A DNA stretch of 64,000 nucleotides, taken from NCBI GenBank assembly GCA_964016885.1, contig OZ024757.1, forward strand, positions 18,662,001-18,726,000. The letters are read 5' to 3'. Below the pieces are notes generated by a model. That model did no database searches, had not been told where the DNA came from, and saw nothing but the letters and a program-made list of their open reading frames with translations. This stretch comes from Eledone cirrhosa (taxonomy: Eukaryota). Shown here piece after piece: positions 56,161-64,000 of the stretch. Both the position numbers and the translations under genes were made by a program. Numbering within the stretch: position 1 is the first letter of the stretch; each line of letters starts with the position of its first letter.

Positions 56161-56938
56161 TAATATTCGTTTGTTTTATTTGCAACTGGAGCTGACAAAA
56201 ATACAAAGGGGAAATAGATATATACAAGAAATGATAAAACAAGACCCTGGGTATAAAAAAAGAAAACGACCCCCCACCTAAAAAAAAAAACCCGAACCCC
56301 CCTTCCCCCCTCCCCCCCCCATTCCCAAACCACTGTAAGAAGCCGTAGAATGTAAGAATTCGCCATTTTGGTTCCATGCTAAGAGTAAATGGGTGTTGTT
56401 ACATGTGTTCAGGGGAACTTTTAGTTATAATGAATCCACGCATGACTTAACACTTACTGTGTATATATATGAGGACAAATAACAGCTGGAGAAAGTGTGA
56501 GAACAAACAAAGGTGGTGGTGGTGCGAAATATTTGGAACAAGATGAGACGGGTTGTTTTGTGGTGGAGTGGGGTGGGATAGGTAGCGGTGGGTCGGGGCC
56601 AAACTATGAAAGATGGAATTGTTTAAATGTGTCAACGTTATTTGACATAAAGAAACAACTACAACAATAACGACAGCAATAACAACAGAAAGCAAAACAT
56701 AAACACACACATACACAGATACACACACACATACATACACACAAACGCACAGATACACACACAACACACACAGACACATGTGACATAATGTCAGAGATGG
56801 TTTTAGTTTAGGTTTTGTTTGATTTTTTATATATAAGAGAGACCCAGTTACGTTGAAGAACCCTCGAAATAGATAGCTACTGTTAATAAGATATTTTACA
56901 CACACACACATATATATACATATATATATATGTATATA

Positions 56939-57003
<65 letters not shown>

Positions 57004-57292
57004 ACCATAATATAATATAATATATTTATTTATATGTAGAGGTTATATTTAATTTGTTGGGATTCAACAAGCTTAAACATTTGTATAACTGATATAAAGC
57101 ACTCAACAGATAAGTGGAGTAAATATACAATATATTAACAAATGGAAACTATATTTATAAAACCATATTTATTTTATTATACATATTTCAAGGGCCACCA
57201 AGGCATAATTTGCCTTGGTGGCCCTTGAAATATGTATAATAAAATAAATATGGTTTTATAAATATAGTTTCCATTTGTTAATATATTGTATA

Positions 57293-57341
<49 letters not shown>

Positions 57342-57513
57342 CGAAGGAGGTGTGGTAAGGAACCAGATGGACCATGACGCACCAGAGTACTCAATACTTA
57401 GGGTAGTAGGGTGGGTCATAGGAAAAAGTTGACCTCGACGGCAGAGATCTATATTTAATATAGAAATGGCTTCTACTAAAGGACTAGAAGTTTCATTCGA
57501 AGGAAATCATCAG

Positions 57514-57573
<60 letters not shown>

Positions 57574-57576
<3 letters not shown>

Positions 57577-58565
57577 TGGCCGAATTACCCGCGCCTTGCT
57601 GCGTTTCACACTTTTTTTTTTTGTAAGAATATTATGATTGATTTTAAATCAATGATATAATTCATGAAGAAAAACTCTGCATTTCAATATTACTCAATGT
57701 AAAAAGTAATGCATGAAACATTGGAAAACATTTGGTTGTTAAAGCTGAGGGGAGTTATTATGCTGGTCGCTCGGTAGAGGGTCGGACGCCATGCTTTCCA
57801 GCATAGTTACGTCCCTTTACGATCTGAGTTCAAATCCCGCCGAGGTTGACTTTGCCTTTCATCCTTACGGGGTCGATAAAATAAAGTACCAGTAATGCAC
57901 TGGGTAATTGCTGGCCTTGTGCCTAAAGTAGAAACAATTATATTTTGTAATATATCAAATCAAAATTACATTATGAAATCTTATTCTTATTTTGTTCTTG
58001 TAAATAATTTTTTTTCAAAATATTAATTCAAAACTTTCGTGAATAGGCATCATATGTTGTCATTTACCTATGGTTTAAATTTCATATAAATCGAAGGGAA
58101 CAAATTTTCAGCGGGGGTTTTGTGCCCCCGGGGAACCCTTTGATTAAAATAAAATATACTTATCCAAGTACCATGGGCAATGTAGTTTCAGAATATGTAT
58201 GGTTATGGGAGTCTATCTCCAAAATGATAGGAGGAGTTTGTGAACAAACAAACAAACAAACAGACAGGAATACTTTATATAGAAACTGTATATTTATAAA
58301 ATTAAGTATGTGTGTGTGTGTCTGTGTGTCTGTGTATTACCTATAGGGGCCTACATCTTACGACCGATTTTTATGAAACTTTACAGGCTCATAGATTAGT
58401 CACCGGGGAGTGTTTTCTATGTATCAGCGTATCGTTTTTTTTTTTTTATTCCGGAGTCATTCTGCAGATAAAAATCGATAGGGGGGTCACCTTTTTTTAG
58501 GTATCGAAAAATAAAATATTTGGCTCTAGCTCCCACATTTTACGACCGATTTCGTTCAAATTATA
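57574..58565. mobile_element. Helitron/Helentron-like non-autonomous relics
   Basis: Start ACTGGCCGAATTACCCGCGCCTTGCTGCG; subterminal (CAAA/CAGA)n then ACTTTATATA; second unit begins with GTCT/GTGT repeats. Confidence 0.45.
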
Positions 58566-58628
58566 CAACCACGCAGCAAGTTTATTCTCATATTTACATA
58601 TATATATATATATATATACATATATATA

Positions 58629-59026
58629 TGCGAAGGCAATCCCAAAAGGAAGGTCTCCTTCCGATATTGCAACTTTTCCGTGAAAATCCTGTGGATGGTG
58701 CTTCGGGAAACCTCAGGAACCAAAATGCAGAGAGCATCCAGAGTGATCCGCCGGTCTTTACGCATGTTTTCCTCGGAAGGAGACCTTACTTTTGGGATTG
58801 CCCTCGTGTATATAATAACTGCGCGAAATTCGCACTTGGCGGTAGCGTTCAACGGGAGCTCCATTCTCAACGGCTGCCAGGCGAAGATTGAGCATCCCAG
58901 CGAAGCGCGTGCATGCTTGTTTGGGAGTGAAGGAAGCACCAATCACAACAGTGTTGCCAACAGCCGTACGAACAGTTTCTCTGCGTCCCCATCGCTTTGG
59001 AGACCTTACTTTTGGGATTACCCTCA
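58629..59026 (-). mobile_element. mariner deletion derivatives
   Basis: HTH remnant RKDRRITLDALCILVPEVSRSTIHRIFTEKLQYRK. TIR GAGGGCAATCCCAAAAGTAAGGTCTCC occurs three times (58630 +, 58779-58807 -, 58998-59025 -). Confidence 0.8.
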
Positions 59027-59055
59027 TATATATATATATATACATATATATATAC

Positions 59056-59123
<68 letters not shown>

Positions 59124-59233
59124 GAAATATATAATGAAATAAATATGGTTTTATAAATATAGTTTCCATTTATTTAATATCGTATGTATATGTATATATA
59201 TGTATATATATATATATATATGTATATATATAC

Positions 59234-59278
<45 letters not shown>

Positions 59279-59291
59279 TATATATATATAC

Positions 59292-59434
<143 letters not shown>

Positions 59435-59467
59435 CATATGTATATATATACATATATATACATATAC

Positions 59468-59701
<234 letters not shown>

Positions 59702-59774
59702 TATATATAATATATATAATATATAAATATATAATTATATATGTGTGTGTTTGTGCCTGTATACGTGTATTTGT

Positions 59775-59807
<33 letters not shown>

Positions 59808-60136
59808 CGTGCGTGTGTGTACATGTAGAGGTAATTATAAAACATATCGGCTGCAACTTCATTCTATAGAAATTGAAAACAATAAACCGAGCGAAGCTCT
59901 GTAGATCTTCTATAATAGAACAAAAGAACTCATCAACGAACGGTGCAATCCATCTATAAATGAGGTTAAATATAGAATAGACGAATAGCGGAATGGATAA
60001 ATGGATAGATAGCTACATAGACTGAGCTTTATTCCGATACAACCGGAATAAACGTGAAGCGGTTGGCGTAATTATAGACGGAATTCAATTATTGAACAAG
60101 TATATGATTATTTGTCTGGAGTCGAGACAATATAAT

Positions 60137-60231
<95 letters not shown>

Positions 60232-60284
60232 GAAGTAATTCCGTCGGAAAGGTCCAGGAAAAAAGAGTGCTCAATGTAGGTTAC

Positions 60285-60717
60285 AGAGATGACCCCTTAG
60301 CCTTTGTCAAGGCAGAATTCTAGGAGAAGGAAAACTCTGATATAACACCTGCAACTCTGATGGTATCCAATGATGTTGACTTGTTCTTCTTTTTGGTAAA
60401 TATCATCTTGGTTAAGAGAGTGGGACTGGCTTTGTGCAGTGCCTTTGCTCACTATAAAAGCTTCACGGCACAGGCATTGCTTTATATCTGGAGATCTCTC
60501 TGCACTTGTGGTCACATGGTACAATGGGCCCAGCACTATGTGTCAATAATTGTCACAGGTGTAGTGTTTGTACCAGAGTTTTCAAGTCGCTGGCTGGACT
60601 AAAGTCACATTCGTTCAGCGCATCGGTAGGAGTTCTCCTACATGGATATAAAGTAGTGGCCGTACTCGAAAACGAGTTGGCAGCCACCATATATATATAT
60701 ATGTATATATATGTGGG

Positions 60718-60758
<41 letters not shown>

Positions 60759-61216
60759 ATGTATATGTGTGTGTGCGTGCGTGCATGTGTGTTTATCTAC
60801 TTTTATATTTATTCTTTTTCCTTTCCTTCTTCCTTTTCCAGCCTCACTTTCATATAGATTATATTTTTGTTTTTAAAATCCACTGTCAATAAATACACCA
60901 CGATTTTTTCATTCTGATGACTGAAAGCAAATTTTGTTTGTTTTCAAGAAACCACTGGTAAATGAAATAATTATCTTATGTTGTTTATTACATAACTATA
61001 TATATATATATATATATTAGGTCCTTAAATATTGAAATTCGATTTCCTTACGTACTTCGTACTTTCAATTTGAAATCGGACAATTGATACTTAATGACAT
61101 GATATTTACATGTGTGAATGTATGTGTATATACATATATACACACATACATACAAACATACACTCACAGAAACACAAATATATATGTGTATATGCGTATA
61201 CGGAAACATATATATG

Positions 61217-61276
<60 letters not shown>

Positions 61277-61909
61277 ATATATTATGTCAGGTCACCAGTT
61301 GGTACTACTGGTAACATGTATCCCAGTACAACCTGTCTCATGGTCGGGTCGTTGGCGACTAAACTGGCAACCCCTTGGTGAGGAGGGTGACTTTGGACAT
61401 CCTGCAGGACTAAAAACAAAACCTGTCAAAGGGCAAAGGAGCTCTTAAGAGTCAATGGCCATCCAAAATCACCGGGAGAGATGACCCCTTAGCCTTTGTC
61501 AAGGCTGAATTCTAGGAGAAGGAAAACTCTGATATAACACCTGCAACCCTGATGGTATCCAATGACGTTGACTTGTTCTTCTTTTTGGTAAATATCATCT
61601 TAGTTAAGAGAGTGGGACTGGCTTTGTGCAGTGCCTTGGCTCACTATAAAAGCTTCACGGCACAGGCATTGCTTTATATCTGGAGATCTCTCTGCACTTG
61701 TGGTCACATGGTACAATGGGCCCAGCACTATGTGTCAATAATTGTCACAGGTGTAGTGTTTGTACCAGAGTTTTCAAGTCGCTGGCTGGACTAAAGTCAC
61801 ATTCGTTCAGCGCATCGGTAGGAGTTCTCCTACATGGATATAAAGTAGTGGCCGTACTCGAAAACGAGTTGGCAGCCACCATATATATATATATGTATAT
61901 ATATGTGGG

Positions 61910-61980
<71 letters not shown>

Positions 61981-62434
61981 ATGTGTGTGTGCGTGCGTGC
62001 ATGTGTGTTTATCTACTTTTATATTTATTCTTTTTCCTTTCCTTCTTCCTTTTCCAGCCTCACTTTCATATAGATTATATTTTTGTTTTTAAAATCCACT
62101 GTCAATAAATACACCAGGATTTTTTCATTCTGATGACTGAAAGCAAATTTTTTTTGTTTTCAAGAAACCACTGGTAAATGAAATAATTATCTTATGTTGT
62201 TTATTACATAAATATATATATATATATATATATATTAGGTCCTTAAATATTGAAATTCGATTTCCTTACGTACTTCGTACTTTCAATTTGAAATCGGACA
62301 ATTGATACTTAATGACATGATATTTACATGTGTGAATGTATGTGTATATACATATATACACACATACATACAAACATACACTCACAGAAACACAAATATA
62401 TATGTGTATATGCGTATACGGAAACATATATATG

Positions 62435-62498
<64 letters not shown>

Positions 62499-63135
62499 AT
62501 ATATTATGTCAGGTCACCAGTTGGTACTACTGGTAACATGTATCCCAGTACAACCTGTCTCATGGTCGGGTCGTTGGCGACTAAACTGGCAACCCCTTGG
62601 TGAGGAGGGTGACTTTGGACATCCTGCAGGACTAAAAACAAAACCTGTCAAAGGGCAAAGGAGCTCTTAAGAGTCAATGGCCATCCAAAATCACCGGGAG
62701 AGATGACCCCTTAGCCTTTGTCAAGGCTGAATTCTAGGAGAAGGAAAACTCTGATATAACACCTGCAACCCTGATGGTATCCAATGACGTTGACTTGTTC
62801 TTCTTTTTGGTAAATATCATCTTAGTTAAGAGAGTGGGACTGGCTTTGTGCAGTGCCTTGGCTCACTATAAAAGCTTCACGGCACAGGCATTGCTTTATA
62901 TCTGGAGATCTCTCTGCACTTGTCGTCACATGGTTCCATGGGCCCAGCACTATGTGTCAATAGTTGTCACAGGTGTAGTGTTTGTACCAGAGTTTTCAAG
63001 TCGCTGGCTGGACTAAAGTCACATTCGTTCAGCGCATCGGTAGGAGTTCTCCTACATGGATATAAAGTAGTGGCCGTACTTGAAAACGAGTTGGCAGCCA
63101 CCATATATATATATATGTATATATATGTGGGTATG

Positions 63136-63188
<53 letters not shown>

Positions 63189-63615
63189 ATGTGTGTGTGC
63201 GTGCATGTGTGTTTATCTACTTTTATATTTATTCTTTTTCCTTTCCTTCTTCCTTTTCCAGCCTCACTTTCATATAGATTATATTTTTGTTTTTAAAATC
63301 CACTGTCAATAAATACACCAGGATTTTTTCATTCTGATGACTGAAAGCAAATTTTGTTTGTTTTCAAGAAACCACTGGTAAATGAAATAATTATCTTATG
63401 TTGTTTATTACGTAACTATATATATATATTGAAATTCGATTTCCTTACGTACTTCGTACTTGCAATTTGAAATCGGACAATTGATACTTAATGACATGAT
63501 ATATACATGTGTGAATGTATGTGTATATACATATATACACACATACATACAAACATGCACTCACATAAACACAAATACATATGTGTATATGCGTATACGG
63601 AAACATATATATATG

Positions 63616-63675
<60 letters not shown>

Positions 63676-64000
63676 ATATATTATGTCAGGTCACCAGTTG
63701 GTACTACTGGTAACATGTATCCCAGTACAACCTGTCTCATGGTCGGGTCGTTGGCGACTAAACTGGCAACCCCTTGGTGAGGAGGGTGACTTTGGACATC
63801 CTGCAGGACTAAAAACAAAACCTGTCAAAGGGCAAAGGAGCTCTTAAGAGTCAATGGCCATCCAAAATCACCGGGAGAGATGACCCCTTAGCCTTTGTCA
63901 AGGCTGAATTCTAGGAGAAGGAAAACTCTGATATAACACCTGCAACCCTGATGGTATCCAATGATGTTGACTTGTTCTTCTTTTTGGTAAATATCATCTT
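60285..64000 (+). repeat. About 1.2-kb tandem array (more than 3 units, runs off the window) containing an RTE-derived element
   Basis: Equivalent positions 60360, 61552, 62774 and 63951 (periods 1192, 1222, 1177); units differ mainly in (TA)n length. Confidence 0.95.

Noticed and set aside
60908-60940. CTGATGActGAAA hammerhead-like motif in each 1.2-kb unit
   Set aside because: Only 2 nt between the core halves, so no stem II, and no convincing stem I or III.
61330-61530. HDV-like ribozyme in the RTE 5' region
   Set aside because: Could not identify the P1/P1.1/P3 nested pseudoknot by eye.

Overview
This is AT-rich, repeat-saturated eukaryotic DNA. The SINE and RTE families look coleoid cephalopod (Octopus/Argonauta-like; inference). 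Almost all ORFs in the supplied track are artefacts of microsatellites and minisatellites. Real content: (1) a spliced + strand gene relic (about 14.6-22.8 kb, possibly from 10.6 kb) encoding a mollusc vitelline-envelope-type ZP module, with two intact 3' exons and frameshifts/stops in the upstream exons; (2) at least 8 complete minimal type-I hammerhead ribozyme motifs of 5 sequence families, plus several half or degenerate ones, carried by short Penelope-like (PLE) remnants that mostly sit in (TA)n tracts and often form inverted repeats, with a same-strand cluster at 49.7-50.8 kb; (3) apparently microsatellite-targeted non-LTR retrotransposons: an R4/Dong-like RLE element in (TACA)n with a 1.2-kb uninterrupted ORF, and Tx1-like 3' ends in (GATA)n; (4) many tRNA-derived SINEs, RTE fragments, mariner/pogo/piggyBac MITEs, Helitron-like relics, minisatellites, local tandem duplications and one 200-N gap. 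No intact protein-coding gene, rRNA, tRNA or CRISPR array is supported. All family assignments come from motif recognition by eye, not from searches.
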